Source: Bacteroidota bacterium
GTDB taxonomy: Bacteria > Bacteroidota > Bacteroidia > M30B66
Length of the DNA stretch: 64,000 nt
Assembly (NCBI GenBank): GCA_027490225.1
Contig: JAIXYK010000061.1
Location: 65,695-129,694 of the forward strand
Direction: 5' to 3'
Positions within the stretch are counted from its first letter, which is position 1. Each line of letters begins with the position of its first letter. The notes under the pieces are model-generated. The model searched no databases. It was given only the letters and a program-made list of their open reading frames with translations, and was not told the origin of the DNA. Position numbers and translations under genes: made by a program. Below, piece after piece: positions 9,556 through 19,724 of this stretch.

Positions 9556-10782
9556 ATGCTTTTTGAATTTAACTTCTACAGTTCCATATTATTGATTCTA
9601 TTTGTAAATGGTTTTGTTTATTCCATTTTACTGGGAATAAGGGGAATTCAAAAACAAGAAAAATCAAGTTTGTGGTTAAGTGCTTTTCTTTTTTTATGCT
9701 GCTTGCATATTTCTCCCTGGATGCTTGGCTTTGCAGGATGGTATGACAATCAACCATATAGAGACTTTCTTTTTTATGTTCCTTTCCAGCATTTGTTTTT
9801 ATTAGGTCCGGTTGTTTATTGCTACATCAGGCAGCTTTTGAATCCTGGTTTTAAGATTACCAGAAAAGAACTTATCCATTTTTTGCCGGCCCTTGGATAT
9901 TTGATATATTCATTCGTTGTTTTCATTACAGATAAATTGATATTGAAAGAATATTACTTTCTGGAAAGTGGTCAAGACAAAGATTTTGAATTATGGTATC
10001 AATTGCCCGGCTGGATTTCAATTTTCATATATTGCTTATTGTCACTTACTTATTACCGAATCTATTTCAAGTTTTTATTGCAATCTCAAAGCAACATCGA
10101 TGCTATTTCTTTAATTTGGGTAAAGCGCTTTTTAGTTGGTTTTATGTTGATGATTGCTCTCAATTTTGCCTTTTACATTGTTGGCAGTTTTACTGGAAGC
10201 TCTTATGTTTTTGAATGGTTTAACTTCTTTGGATTTGGAGTGGTATTTTACGCATTGGGGATTTTAGGTTACAGTAATGCAAAAGCTGGTGAAGCCACTT
10301 TTTTCTTAGACGGTATTAAACAAGGTAAAATTTACTTTTTGAATGAATCAATTTTTGTAGCAGAAAAACAAGCACAAAATTTCATTAAAGAACTTGATTT
10401 TGTTACCGTTGAGGTTGAGCAAACCACTCCTGCCATTGATGAAGTTGTTTTAGCTCTGAAGTCGAAAATTGAACATTTATTCTATGTAGAGAAGATTTTC
10501 GAAAACCCGGAATTGAACTTAATTCAGTTTTCAAAATTACTTAACGTAAATGTTACACTTGCCTCAAAAGCAATTAACAGCATGTATGGCATGAACTTCA
10601 ACGATTTCGTGAATTCTTTTAGAATAGAAGCTGTAAAGAAAATGTTTGACAATGATTTCCATCAAAAGCAAACCATTTTAAGCATTGCATTCGATTGCGG
10701 TTTTAATAGCAAAGCCACCTTCAACAGAGCTTTCAAAAAGCAATTGGGTGTTTCTCCCGTTGAATATATCAAACAAAAATAA
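9556..10782 (+). CDS. AraC-family transcriptional regulator with N-terminal multi-pass membrane domain
   Basis: The N-terminal ~240 aa are hydrophobic (6-8 helices). The C-terminus has a double HTH: '...ILSIAFDCGFNSKATFNRAFKKQLGVSPVEY'. Confidence 0.8.
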   Translation: MLFEFNFYSSILLILFVNGFVYSILLGIRGIQKQEKSSLWLSAFLFLCCLHISPWMLGFAGWYDNQPYRDFLFYVPFQHLFLLGPVVYCYIRQLLNPGFKITRKELIHFLPALGYLIYSFVVFITDKLILKEYYFLESGQDKDFELWYQLPGWISIFIYCLLSLTYYRIYFKFLLQSQSNIDAISLIWVKRFLVGFMLMIALNFAFYIVGSFTGSSYVFEWFNFFGFGVVFYALGILGYSNAKAGEATFFLDGIKQGKIYFLNESIFVAEKQAQNFIKELDFVTVEVEQTTPAIDEVVLALKSKIEHLFYVEKIFENPELNLIQFSKLLNVNVTLASKAINSMYGMNFNDFVNSFRIEAVKKMFDNDFHQKQTILSIAFDCGFNSKATFNRAFKKQLGVSPVEYIKQK

Positions 10783-10865
10783 AATTACTTGGTCTCAAAT
10801 TATGATTTGAAGCGAATGCGGATTCGAATCCATCCACTTTTGCTGCATATTTTAAAACCAAAAAC

Positions 10866-11540
10866 ATGAAAACTTATTTAGCTATTCTCATCTCTTTTAT
10901 CTCCATTACTCAACTTCAAGCACAAAGTCGACCTCTAAAAGGTTCTGGTAAAGTAACAAGCATTACTTCTGATATTAAAAATTTCGACAAGATTGATTTT
11001 ATCGGACTTGATGGAAAAATCAACGTGTCAATCGGAAAAACATGGTCTATACAAGTTACCATCGATGATAACCTTGCGCCACTTTTGGTTTTCAAAAAAG
11101 ATGAAAAAGAATATCGACTTACCGTGATGATAGACAAAAACAAAAACAACATCCGGTACTTAGAAGATACTAAAATAGTTGTTAGTATTACAATGCCTGA
11201 GGCCTCAGTTATTACTAATGAAAGCAATGCAAGTTTAAGCGTTGAAAATTTAATTGGTAGGTATTTTAGACTCGAAAATACAGGCAATGGATCGGCCGAA
11301 TTAACTGGAAAAATAGATAAGCTCGATATTAAGAAAACTGGAAATGGAAGAGTAGATGCGTCTAAACTTTTTGCCAAAAATGTAGAAGTAAAATGTCAGG
11401 GAAATGGAGCTGTTACAGTAAACGCGTCTCAGGAATTTGAAGTGAAAGGCACTGGTAATGGGTACATTAAGAACATAGGTTTAGCAAAAGCTACCAGCGA
11501 TTCCCGATTAAATGGAAATGGAAAAATCGTTTACCAATAA
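10866..11540 (+). CDS. Secreted DUF2807 / head-GIN-domain-like beta-helical protein
   Basis: Signal peptide ending '...ITQLQAQ'. It has repeated 'GNG' strands (TGNGSAEL, TGNGRVD, QGNGAVT, GTGNGYI, NGNGKI). Confidence 0.6.
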   Translation: MKTYLAILISFISITQLQAQSRPLKGSGKVTSITSDIKNFDKIDFIGLDGKINVSIGKTWSIQVTIDDNLAPLLVFKKDEKEYRLTVMIDKNKNNIRYLEDTKIVVSITMPEASVITNESNASLSVENLIGRYFRLENTGNGSAELTGKIDKLDIKKTGNGRVDASKLFAKNVEVKCQGNGAVTVNASQEFEVKGTGNGYIKNIGLAKATSDSRLNGNGKIVYQ

Positions 11541-11588
11541 ATTTAAATCACAAATCGGCATTTATTCCTGCATTTAGGCGAGATATGT

Positions 11589-11596
11589 TATTTTTG
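11589..11596 (+). promoter_or_regulatory. Bacteroidota -7 promoter box (TAnnTTTG) upstream of tyrS
   Basis: TATTTTTG lies 14 nt upstream of the tyrS ATG and matches the published Bacteroides/Flavobacterium sigma-A -7 consensus. Confidence 0.4.
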
Positions 11597-11610
11597 CCAA
11601 AAAAAGTAAA

Positions 11611-12879
11611 ATGTCATTTGTAGAAGAATTGCGCTGGCGCGGCATGCTCCACGATATCATGCCCGGAACGGAGGAGTTGTTAAATACTAAAAAAATCAAA
11701 GCATACATTGGTTTCGATCCAACAGCCGATTCCTTGCACATAGGTTCTTTGGTGCAAATAATACTTTTGATGCATTTGCAAAAACACGGACATTTTCCAA
11801 TTGCATTGGTGGGTGGCGCAACAGGAATGATTGGAGATCCTTCATTCAAAGCAGAAGAACGTTCGATGCTTTCTGAAGAAACATTGCAAAAGAATGTTGC
11901 AGGCATTGAAAAGCAATTGAGGAAATTTCTCGATTTCGAAGCAGGAGCGGAACTTGTAAACAATTACGATTGGTTCAAAGATTTTTCCTTGCTATCTTTT
12001 TTAAGAGATGTTGGTAAACACTTGAGTGTTAACTACATGATGGCCAAAGACTCTGTAAAAAAGCGCTTAGAAACCGGCATTTCTTTTACCGAATTTTCTT
12101 ACCAGTTAATTCAAGGCTATGATTTTTACTGGTTATGGAAAAACAAAAATGCTATGTTACAACTCGGAGGTTCAGACCAATGGGGAAATATTGTAACTGG
12201 TACCGAATTAATCAGGAGAATGGAAGGAGGAGAAGCGTTTGCCTTGACTTGTCCGTTAATAACAAAAGCCGATGGCTCTAAATTCGGTAAAACGGAAAAA
12301 GGAAATGTTTGGTTGGATGCAAAACTTACAAGTCCTTATCAATTTTACCAATTTTGGTTAAATGCAAGCGATGAAGATGCACAGAAATACATCCGCATTT
12401 TTACTTTTTTAGATAAAGATACTGTAGATTCGCTGATTGCAACTCACTTGGAAGCGCCGCATTTGCGGACATTACAGAAAAAACTAGGTGAAGAAGTTAC
12501 CGTTTTGGTTCATGGTAAAGCTGAATATGAAGCAGCCATTAACGCAACCGAAATTCTTTTTGGAAATGGCACTGCGCAGCAATTAGCTGGAATTTCTGAA
12601 GAATTGTTTTTACAGATTTTTGATGGTGTTCCTCAATTTGAAGTTGAAGCAAGTTTGCTACAATCAGGCATAAATGTGTTGGATTTATTGGCCACTCAAA
12701 CGCAAATATTCCCATCAAAAGGGGAAGCGCGCAAGATGATTCAACAACAAGCAGTAAGTTTCAATAAAGAGAAATTTACCGACGAAAATGGACAAGTGAA
12801 TGCAGATAAGTTAATCAACAATAAATACATTTTGGTGCAAAAAGGGAAGAAGAACTATTTCTTGGTGGTGGTGAAGTAG
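11611..12879 (+). CDS. tyrS: Tyrosine--tRNA ligase
   Basis: Class I motifs 'DSLHIGS' (HIGH) and 'KFGKT' (KMSKS), plus a C-terminal S4-like domain. Confidence 0.95.
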   Translation: MSFVEELRWRGMLHDIMPGTEELLNTKKIKAYIGFDPTADSLHIGSLVQIILLMHLQKHGHFPIALVGGATGMIGDPSFKAEERSMLSEETLQKNVAGIEKQLRKFLDFEAGAELVNNYDWFKDFSLLSFLRDVGKHLSVNYMMAKDSVKKRLETGISFTEFSYQLIQGYDFYWLWKNKNAMLQLGGSDQWGNIVTGTELIRRMEGGEAFALTCPLITKADGSKFGKTEKGNVWLDAKLTSPYQFYQFWLNASDEDAQKYIRIFTFLDKDTVDSLIATHLEAPHLRTLQKKLGEEVTVLVHGKAEYEAAINATEILFGNGTAQQLAGISEELFLQIFDGVPQFEVEASLLQSGINVLDLLATQTQIFPSKGEARKMIQQQAVSFNKEKFTDENGQVNADKLINNKYILVQKGKKNYFLVVVK

Positions 12880-12896
12880 GATAAAAAGCTTTTAAA

Positions 12897-14147
12897 CTAC
12901 TTAGACCTTATCGCCTCTACAGGATCTAATCTTGATGCAGAAAGTGCAGGTGCAATTCCACTTATTAATCCGATTACAGATGAAATTAATATGCCCGTAA
13001 AGATATTGCCTGCACTTAATGAAATGTCAAAATCGAGTAGGGTAGATGCAGCTAAAGTGAGCAGGAATATCAATAACAATCCTATCAAACCTCCAATCAC
13101 AGAAAGTAACATCGCTTCAAATAAAAACTGAAATAAAATAAAGTAATTCTTAGCGCCCAATGATTTCTGAATTCCTATAATATTCGTTCTTTCTTTTACC
13201 GAAACAAACATAATATTGGCAATTCCAAAACCACCTACAAGAATACTAAACAGACCAATTACGCCACCAGCAACGTTTACAACTCCAATCAATTGATCAA
13301 ATCCATTGGAAATCAATTTTGTTTCATTTAAAGCAAAATTATCATCTTCACTTGGCGAAATTTTTCGAATAGAACGCATTATACCTGTTAATTCATCCAT
13401 TATTGCAGCATTGCTCACACCTGGTTTAGCTTTTACTGCAATGTAAGGATTCACTTGTTCATTTTTAATATCCACTTTGGTTCTGGCATAATTCAAAGGA
13501 ACGATGCAGGCGTTATCTAATCCAAAATCCAATAAAGTTTGTCCTTCTCTTTTAAAAATGCCAATTACTGTTAATTCATCACCCCTCAAAATAACTTTTT
13601 TACCAACAGGATTCGCATCTCCAAAAAGCTGAGCAGCTACTTCGGCACCGATTACAATCATTTCACTGCCACTTCTAAACTCACTTTCAGAAAAATATCT
13701 GCCCTCGGCAATATCGAATGTTTTAATCTGGTCATATCCGTCGCTTACTGCACTAATTCCAATATTTTCAGCACTGTTTGACCCGAATTTTAAGGTAACG
13801 TTTGTTTGAATTAAAAAGGCGCACACTTCAGCTAATTTACTTCTTTCGCGCACATCGGCTAATTCGTCTAAAGCTGTAACAGGCCTGCTCATATATTTCC
13901 ACCATGGATAATCTGATGAAAAACTCCATGGCCATTTTTGAACATAAATTACGTTATCGCCCAGTTTATTAATGCTTTTATCAATATTTCGTTTGATAGA
14001 ATCTACCATCGTAAAAACTGAAATAATCGCAAAAATCCCTATGGTGATTCCTAAAAGCGATAGAAAAGTGCGTAGTTTATTCTCTGTTAATGAGCCTATT
14101 GCAAACCTAAAACTTTCTTTAACTAAGTTGAAAAACATATATGCCAA
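12897..14147 (-). CDS. ABC transporter permease, MacB/FtsX-like
   Basis: 416 aa with an N-terminal TM, a large periplasmic domain and a C-terminal FtsX-type 3-TM bundle ('...GIQKSLGAKNYFILFQFLFEA...'). There is no adjacent ATPase. Confidence 0.8.
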   Translation of the reverse strand: MAYMFFNLVKESFRFAIGSLTENKLRTFLSLLGITIGIFAIISVFTMVDSIKRNIDKSINKLGDNVIYVQKWPWSFSSDYPWWKYMSRPVTALDELADVRERSKLAEVCAFLIQTNVTLKFGSNSAENIGISAVSDGYDQIKTFDIAEGRYFSESEFRSGSEMIVIGAEVAAQLFGDANPVGKKVILRGDELTVIGIFKREGQTLLDFGLDNACIVPLNYARTKVDIKNEQVNPYIAVKAKPGVSNAAIMDELTGIMRSIRKISPSEDDNFALNETKLISNGFDQLIGVVNVAGGVIGLFSILVGGFGIANIMFVSVKERTNIIGIQKSLGAKNYFILFQFLFEAMLLSVIGGLIGLLLIFLLTLAASTLLDFDISLSAGNIFTGILISSVIGLISGIAPALSASRLDPVEAIRSK

Positions 14148-14209
14148 ATGTAATACTTTTGGCCGATTCTAGTAGAATTGTTTCTAGTTAATAACTGTGA
14201 TCGCATATT

Positions 14210-16426
14210 TTGAAAAATTGCCTAATTCTCATCCTAATCTTAATTCAATTTTCAACTCTTTTTGCGCAAAGCGAAATAATTTCAGATACAAGTTTTAATG
14301 GTAAATTCACACTTAAAGAAGTAACCATTGCGGCCAATAGAACTGAACAAAGCTTAATTGAAGTTCCAAACCAAATTCAAATTTTTAAAAGCAATGAAAT
14401 TGCTGCTATTCAAGCCCAATCAACTGCTGATGTGTTGGCGAATACCGGTAATGTGTTTGTGCAAAAAAGTCAAATGGGTGGTGGAAGTCCAGTTCTGAGA
14501 GGCTTTGAAGCAAACAGAATTTTACTTGTTGTGGATGGTGTGAGAATGAATAATTTGATTTACAGAAGTGGACATCTTCATAATGTTATCACGTTGGATA
14601 ACAACATTTTAGAACGAACTGAAATTATTTTTGGACCAGGTTCAACTATTTACGGAAGTGATGCCTTAGGTGGAACAATTCATTTTTTTACTAAAAATCC
14701 TTATTTTTCTTCCAACGATACTGTTTTAGCCAAGGCAAATGCTTTTTTTAGATATGGTTCTGTAAACAATGAAACTACTTTTCATGCAAATTTAAGTTTG
14801 GGAAAAAAGAAATTTGCTTCGCTTACTTCACTAACATCCAATGATTTTGGAGATTTAATTGGAGGTAAAAATATAAACCCACTTTACGATAAAAGTTATG
14901 GCGAAAGACCATTTTTTGTGCAAAGATTTAATGGAAAAGATTCTCTGGTTCCTAACAGCAACAGGTTTAAGCAAGTAAACTCTGGGTATAAACAAGTAGA
15001 TTTTCTTCAAAAGTTTTTATTTAAACAAAACGAAAGATTAACGCATACTTTGAATTTTCAATTTTCTAATACAAACAATGTCCCTCGATATGATAGATTA
15101 ACAGAATTTTCTGCTGGTAAGCCAAGATTCGCAGAATGGTATTACGGTCCACAAACCAGATTATTAGCATCTTATAAATTCAATTGGAAAAATAATGCAG
15201 CTTTCTTTCAAGAAGTAAATCTTGTTACAAATTACCAGCAAATAAAAGAAAGTAGACATAGCAGAAGATTTCAAAACGATAATTTACAAAACAGAATAGA
15301 AAATGTAAACATTGGAGGCTTGAATCTGGATGTTTTAAGAAAAACCAAAACGGGTGAAATAAGAATTGGATTGGATGCTCAATACAATACATTGAAATCG
15401 ATAGCTAATCAAAAAAACATTGTTTCCGAAGTTGAAAGTCCGCTCGATACGCGTTATCCAGATGGAAGTAATTCGATGGTAAATATTGCAGCATATATTT
15501 CATACACAAGAAAAGTAAATGAAGATTTGTTCATATCCACGGGTATTAGATTGGGTTATATTCAATTGAAATCTAATTTAGTAGATACAACGTTTTATAA
15601 TTTCCCTTTTAAATCCATTATTCAAAATAATCCAGTTTATTCTGGCAATACTGGTATTACTAAGATTATCAATAAAAAGCTTAAAATTTCCGCTTTAATT
15701 TCATCAGGATTTAGGGTTCCTAATATTGATGATTTAGCTAAAATATTCGAATCTCATCCCGGAACCGTAATCGTTCCCAATAATAATCTTAAACCTGAAA
15801 ATACCTTTAATTATGAAATAGGTTTTGCAAAATTGTTTGGTAATTCATTGAAATGGGAAGGTTCAGTATACTACACTCAATTTATTAATGCGATTACCAC
15901 ATCATCTTTTACCTTTAACGGTAAGGATTCTATTATGTATAATGGAGAATTGAGTAAAGTGGTTGCCAATCAAAACCAGCAGAAAGCATTTTTATATGGA
16001 GCTTCTTCAAATGTAAAAGTTGCATTTACTGATAAATTCAATGCTAATTTTATTTTGAATTATACATACGGAAGAATAAATACCGATACGACAGATGCGC
16101 CTTTAGATCATATTCCTCCTTTTATGGCACGCGTTCAATTTCAATACAAATTAAAAGAATTAGCACTCGATTTCTTTGTCAATTACAATGGTGCAAAAAA
16201 ATTAAAAGATTATAATTTAAATGGTGAAGATAATTTTCAATATGCCACAGCAGATGGAATGCCTGCTTGGTTTACTTTAAACTTAAGAGCAAGTTATAAA
16301 GTCCATCCAGCAGTAGCGCTGCAAGCAGGAATTGACAATATTTTAGATACACAATACCGAACTTTTTCGAGCGGAATAAATGGAGCAGGAAGAAATATTT
16401 TTTTAGCGCTAAGAGCTAATTTTTAA
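14210..16426 (+). CDS. TonB-dependent outer-membrane receptor
   Basis: TTG start and a signal peptide. The plug region reads 'GGGSPVLRGFEANRILLVVDGVRMN'. The ~22-strand barrel length ends in '...FLALRANF'. No SusD partner is present. Confidence 0.9.
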   Translation: MKNCLILILILIQFSTLFAQSEIISDTSFNGKFTLKEVTIAANRTEQSLIEVPNQIQIFKSNEIAAIQAQSTADVLANTGNVFVQKSQMGGGSPVLRGFEANRILLVVDGVRMNNLIYRSGHLHNVITLDNNILERTEIIFGPGSTIYGSDALGGTIHFFTKNPYFSSNDTVLAKANAFFRYGSVNNETTFHANLSLGKKKFASLTSLTSNDFGDLIGGKNINPLYDKSYGERPFFVQRFNGKDSLVPNSNRFKQVNSGYKQVDFLQKFLFKQNERLTHTLNFQFSNTNNVPRYDRLTEFSAGKPRFAEWYYGPQTRLLASYKFNWKNNAAFFQEVNLVTNYQQIKESRHSRRFQNDNLQNRIENVNIGGLNLDVLRKTKTGEIRIGLDAQYNTLKSIANQKNIVSEVESPLDTRYPDGSNSMVNIAAYISYTRKVNEDLFISTGIRLGYIQLKSNLVDTTFYNFPFKSIIQNNPVYSGNTGITKIINKKLKISALISSGFRVPNIDDLAKIFESHPGTVIVPNNNLKPENTFNYEIGFAKLFGNSLKWEGSVYYTQFINAITTSSFTFNGKDSIMYNGELSKVVANQNQQKAFLYGASSNVKVAFTDKFNANFILNYTYGRINTDTTDAPLDHIPPFMARVQFQYKLKELALDFFVNYNGAKKLKDYNLNGEDNFQYATADGMPAWFTLNLRASYKVHPAVALQAGIDNILDTQYRTFSSGINGAGRNIFLALRANF

Positions 16427-16452
16427 TTGAATATTTATAAGATGCAACTTTG

Positions 16453-16460
16453 TATCTTTG
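16453..16460 (+). promoter_or_regulatory. Bacteroidota -7 promoter box (TAnnTTTG) upstream of thrS
   Basis: TATCTTTG lies 22 nt upstream of the ATG at 16483 (positions 16461-16482). The same octamer and spacing occur upstream of rpsP. Confidence 0.45.
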
Positions 16461-16482
16461 CGCCTCGTTTTTAACAAATTTT

Positions 16483-18420
16483 ATGATTCACATTACCCTG
16501 CCCGATGGCGCAGTTAAACAGTTTGAAGCCGGAAGTTCTGCAATGGATGTTGCCAAAAGCATCAGCGAAGGACTTGCTCGCAATGTATTATCAGCAATAG
16601 TAAATGGTGAAGTAGTTGATGCAAACAGACCAATCAATACAGATGCTACGCTTCAGTTATTAACGTGGAATGATGCGGAAGGTAAACGAACATTATGGCA
16701 TAGTTCAGCTCACCTTTTAGCTGAAGCTTTAGAAGAATTATATCCAGGAGTTAAATTCGGTATTGGTCCACCAATCGAAAACGGATTTTATTATGATGTT
16801 GATTTAGGAGAAAGAACAATTTCTTCTGATGACTTTACCAATATTGAAAATAAAATGAAAGAACTGGCAAAAAAGAAAAGTCAGTTTATTCGCGAAGAAG
16901 TATCAAAAGAGGATGCTATTGCTTTTTTTACAGAGAAAGGTGATGAATACAAACTCGATTTGTTAAAAGACCTGGCAGATGGAACCATTACATTTTACAA
17001 ACAAGGTAATTTTACTGATTTGTGTCGTGGACCACACATTCCTGATACAGAAAGGATTAAAGCAATAAAGTTATTAAATGTTGCAGGTGCATATTGGAAA
17101 GGCAATGAGAAAAATAAGCAGCTTACAAGAATTTACGCCATAACATTTCCAAAACAAACCGAATTAGACGATTACTTAAAATTACTGGAAGAAGCTAAAA
17201 AACGTGATCACAGAAAGTTAGGAAAGGAATTAGAGCTTTTTACATTTAGCGAAAAAGTTGGACAAGGCTTACCGCTCTGGTTGCCAAAAGGTACAGCATT
17301 AAGAGAGCGTTTGGTAGATTATTTAAAACGAGCTCAGGCAGCTACAGGATATTTACAAGTAATTACGCCACATATAGCGCATAAAGATTTGTATGTTACT
17401 TCTGGTCACTATGATAAATATGGCGCAGATTCATTCCAACCAATTAAAACGCCAGCCGAAGGAGAAGAGTTTTTCTTGAAACCGATGAATTGCCCTCACC
17501 ATTGTGAGATTTATAAACACAAACCACATTCTTACAAAGATTTACCAATTCGTTTGGCAGAATTTGGCACTGTTTACAGATACGAGCAAAGTGGAGAGTT
17601 GCACGGTTTAACACGCGTTAGAGGTTTTACGCAAGATGATGCACATATTTTCTGTCGCCCAGATCAAGTTAAAGAAGAGTTTGTGAAAGTGATTGATTTG
17701 GTGTTGATGATTTTTAAAGCACTCGATTTTACTGATTATACAGCTCAAATTTCATTAAGAGATCCTGAAAATAAAACCAAGTACATTGGTTCTGATGAGA
17801 ATTGGGAAAAAGCAGAAAACTCAATTATTGAAGCTGCTCAAGAAAGAAATTTAAATACTGTTGTAGAATTAGGAGAAGCCGCATTTTACGGGCCCAAGCT
17901 CGACTTTATGGTGCGAGATGCCATTGGAAGAAAGTGGCAACTAGGAACCATTCAAGTAGATTACAATTTACCTGAGCGTTTCGAACTGGAGTACATGGGC
18001 GCAGATAACCAAAAACATCGTCCTGTGATGATTCATAGAGCACCATTTGGCTCTTTAGAGCGATTTGTAGCTGTGTTAATTGAGCATTGTGCAGGTAATT
18101 TTCCACTGTGGCTAACTCCAGAACAAGCGATAATACTGCCCATTTCAGAGAAGTATAATGACTATGCAATTAAAGTTGCACAAATACTCAAAAAATACGA
18201 TATTCGCGCCGCCGTTGATGAACGTGACGAGAGAGCAGGTAAAAAAATTCGGGATGCTGAAATTAGTAAGGTTCCGTTTATGCTTGTTGTGGGTGAAAAA
18301 GAAGAGCAATCGAATACCATTGCTGTTCGTAAACATTCGCAAGGTGATATGGGAAGCCTTTCACTTGAAGCTTTTGCTAAACTCGTAAATGATGAAATTG
18401 ACAGTTTGATTACTATTTAA
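16483..18420 (+). CDS. thrS: Threonine--tRNA ligase
   Basis: N-terminal TGS domain ('MIHITLPDG'), '[11 protein letters not shown]' and '[13 protein letters not shown]'. The track start at 16450 is a TTG inside the promoter box, so the ATG at 16483 is preferred. Confidence 0.95.
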   Translation: MIHITLPDGAVKQFEAGSSAMDVAKSISEGLARNVLSAIVNGEVVDANRPINTDATLQLLTWNDAEGKRTLWHSSAHLLAEALEELYPGVKFGIGPPIENGFYYDVDLGERTISSDDFTNIENKMKELAKKKSQFIREEVSKEDAIAFFTEKGDEYKLDLLKDLADGTITFYKQGNFTDLCRGPHIPDTERIKAIKLLNVAGAYWKGNEKNKQLTRIYAITFPKQTELDDYLKLLEEAKKRDHRKLGKELELFTFSEKVGQGLPLWLPKGTALRERLVDYLKRAQAATGYLQVITPHIAHKDLYVTSGHYDKYGADSFQPIKTPAEGEEFFLKPMNCPHHCEIYKHKPHSYKDLPIRLAEFGTVYRYEQSGELHGLTRVRGFTQDDAHIFCRPDQVKEEFVKVIDLVLMIFKALDFTDYTAQISLRDPENKTKYIGSDENWEKAENSIIEAAQERNLNTVVELGEAAFYGPKLDFMVRDAIGRKWQLGTIQVDYNLPERFELEYMGADNQKHRPVMIHRAPFGSLERFVAVLIEHCAGNFPLWLTPEQAIILPISEKYNDYAIKVAQILKKYDIRAAVDERDERAGKKIRDAEISKVPFMLVVGEKEEQSNTIAVRKHSQGDMGSLSLEAFAKLVNDEIDSLITI

Positions 18421-18451
18421 TAACGAAAGAAAGGAGACCCAAGCCATAGCA

Positions 18452-19012
18452 ATGCCACCACGCCCACCCAGGCCATTTAATAGGGGACAGCAAAAAAAAG
18501 AAGATGCACACCGCATAAATGAAAAAATTATAGGTGTTTCTAAAGTACGTTTAGTTGGGGAAGAAATTGAACCAGGTTTATATTCTATAGAAGATGCATT
18601 AAAAATTTCGAAAGATTTAGAAATGGATCTTGTTGAGATTGTTGCAAACGCTGACCCTCCGGTTTGTCGGGTAATCGATTACAAAAAATTTCTTTACGAC
18701 CAAAAGAAGAAGCAAAAGGAAATGAAAGCCAAAGCTTCTAAGATTGTAGTTAAAGAAGTTCGATTTGGTCCCAATACGGATGAACACGATTTTAACTTCA
18801 AACTAAACCATGCAAAGAAATTTTTGCAGGAAGGTTCAAAAGTTAAAGCTTTCGTTTTCTTCAAAGGCCGCTCGATTTTGTTTAAAGATAAAGGTGAAAT
18901 TTTGCTATTAAAATTCGCTGCCGAACTTGAAGAATTTGGCAAAGCCGACAGCTTACCAGAGCTAGAAGGTAAACGAATGATCTTGTTTCTTTCACCAAAG
19001 AAAAAGAAATAA
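18452..19012 (+). CDS. infC: Translation initiation factor IF-3
   Basis: '[18 protein letters not shown]...' and '[18 protein letters not shown]' are IF-3 N- and C-domains. It sits in the conserved thrS-infC-rpmI-rplT order. The start codon is uncertain. Confidence 0.9.
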   Translation: MPPRPPRPFNRGQQKKEDAHRINEKIIGVSKVRLVGEEIEPGLYSIEDALKISKDLEMDLVEIVANADPPVCRVIDYKKFLYDQKKKQKEMKAKASKIVVKEVRFGPNTDEHDFNFKLNHAKKFLQEGSKVKAFVFFKGRSILFKDKGEILLLKFAAELEEFGKADSLPELEGKRMILFLSPKKKK

Positions 19013-19035
19013 AATAAATCCTAATACAAATAACA

Positions 19036-19236
19036 ATGCCGAAAATGAAAACCAATTCTAGCGCAAAGAAGCGATTCAAGCTTACTGCGTCAGGAAAAAT
19101 CAAGCGCAAGCATGCTTTTAAACGGCACATTCTCACCAAAAAAACAACTGTTCAGAAACGCCGCTTAGGTAATTCTGCAATTGTTTCAACGGCTGATGAA
19201 GGTAACGTAAAAAGAATGCTTTGCATTGGAAAGTAA
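19036..19236 (+). CDS. rpmI: 50S ribosomal protein L35
   Basis: '[36 protein letters not shown]'. Confidence 0.95.
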   Translation: MPKMKTNSSAKKRFKLTASGKIKRKHAFKRHILTKKTTVQKRRLGNSAIVSTADEGNVKRMLCIGK

Positions 19237-19313
19237 CAATTAATTATTAACCAGATAATCAGCTCTTAAGACTCCCTTTGGGATGCGCTGCTTGTCACAA
19301 AACCTAAAAAATT

Positions 19314-19658
19314 ATGCCTCGTTCAGTCAACCACGTTGCCTCACGCGCCAGAAGAAAGAAAATCCTCAGCATGACCAAGGGCTACTGGGGTGCCCGCAAG
19401 AATGTTTTTACAATAGCTAAAAATATACTTGAGAAAGGTCTTACCTATGCGTATCGCGACCGCAAAAACAAAAAACGTAATTTCCGCTCTTTGTGGATTC
19501 AACGTATTAACGCAGGAGCACGCCTTCATGGCATGTCTTACAGCGAATTCATGGGTAAAATTCACGCAAAAAATATCGAACTTAACCGTAAAGCTCTTGC
19601 CGATTTGGCAATGAACAATCCGGGAGCTTTCAAAGCAATTGTTGACGCAATTAAATAG
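19314..19658 (+). CDS. rplT: 50S ribosomal protein L20
   Basis: '[18 protein letters not shown]...GYWGARKN...[23 protein letters not shown]'. Confidence 0.95.
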   Translation: MPRSVNHVASRARRKKILSMTKGYWGARKNVFTIAKNILEKGLTYAYRDRKNKKRNFRSLWIQRINAGARLHGMSYSEFMGKIHAKNIELNRKALADLAMNNPGAFKAIVDAIK

Positions 19659-19684
19659 TTCTAAATCATATTTTCTTTTTTCTA

Positions 19685-19719
19685 AAAGCACTTCCCTAAA
19701 AGAAGTGCTTTTTCATTTT
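19685..19719 (+). terminator. Rho-independent terminator after rplT
   Basis: Perfect 10-bp stem AAAGCACTTC/GAAGTGCTTT (19685-19694 / 19702-19711) with a 7-nt loop, followed by TTTCATTTT. Confidence 0.7.
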
Positions 19720-19724
19720 ATCTT

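Noticed and set aside
10820-10831. GGATTCGAATCC, which resembles a tRNA T-arm/T-loop (possible tRNA gene or att-site remnant) downstream of the AraC gene
   Set aside because: With TTCGAAT as the loop, the flanking 5-mers (GCGGA / CCATC) do not pair. No acceptor, D or anticodon arms can be drawn. It is probably just a palindromic hairpin or a chance match.
10916-11377. 153-aa minus-strand ORF antisense to the DUF2807/GIN-domain gene
   Set aside because: It is fully nested opposite a gene with a clear signal peptide and repeat architecture. Its sequence is low-complexity (Ser/Leu/Phe-rich), as expected from reading an AT-rich gene backwards.
18431-18436. AAGGAG Shine-Dalgarno-like hexamer upstream of infC, in a lineage that mostly lacks SD sequences
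   Set aside because: It lies 15 nt from the ATG, which is too far for canonical SD spacing. It is a single occurrence with no supporting structure, so I treated it as chance.
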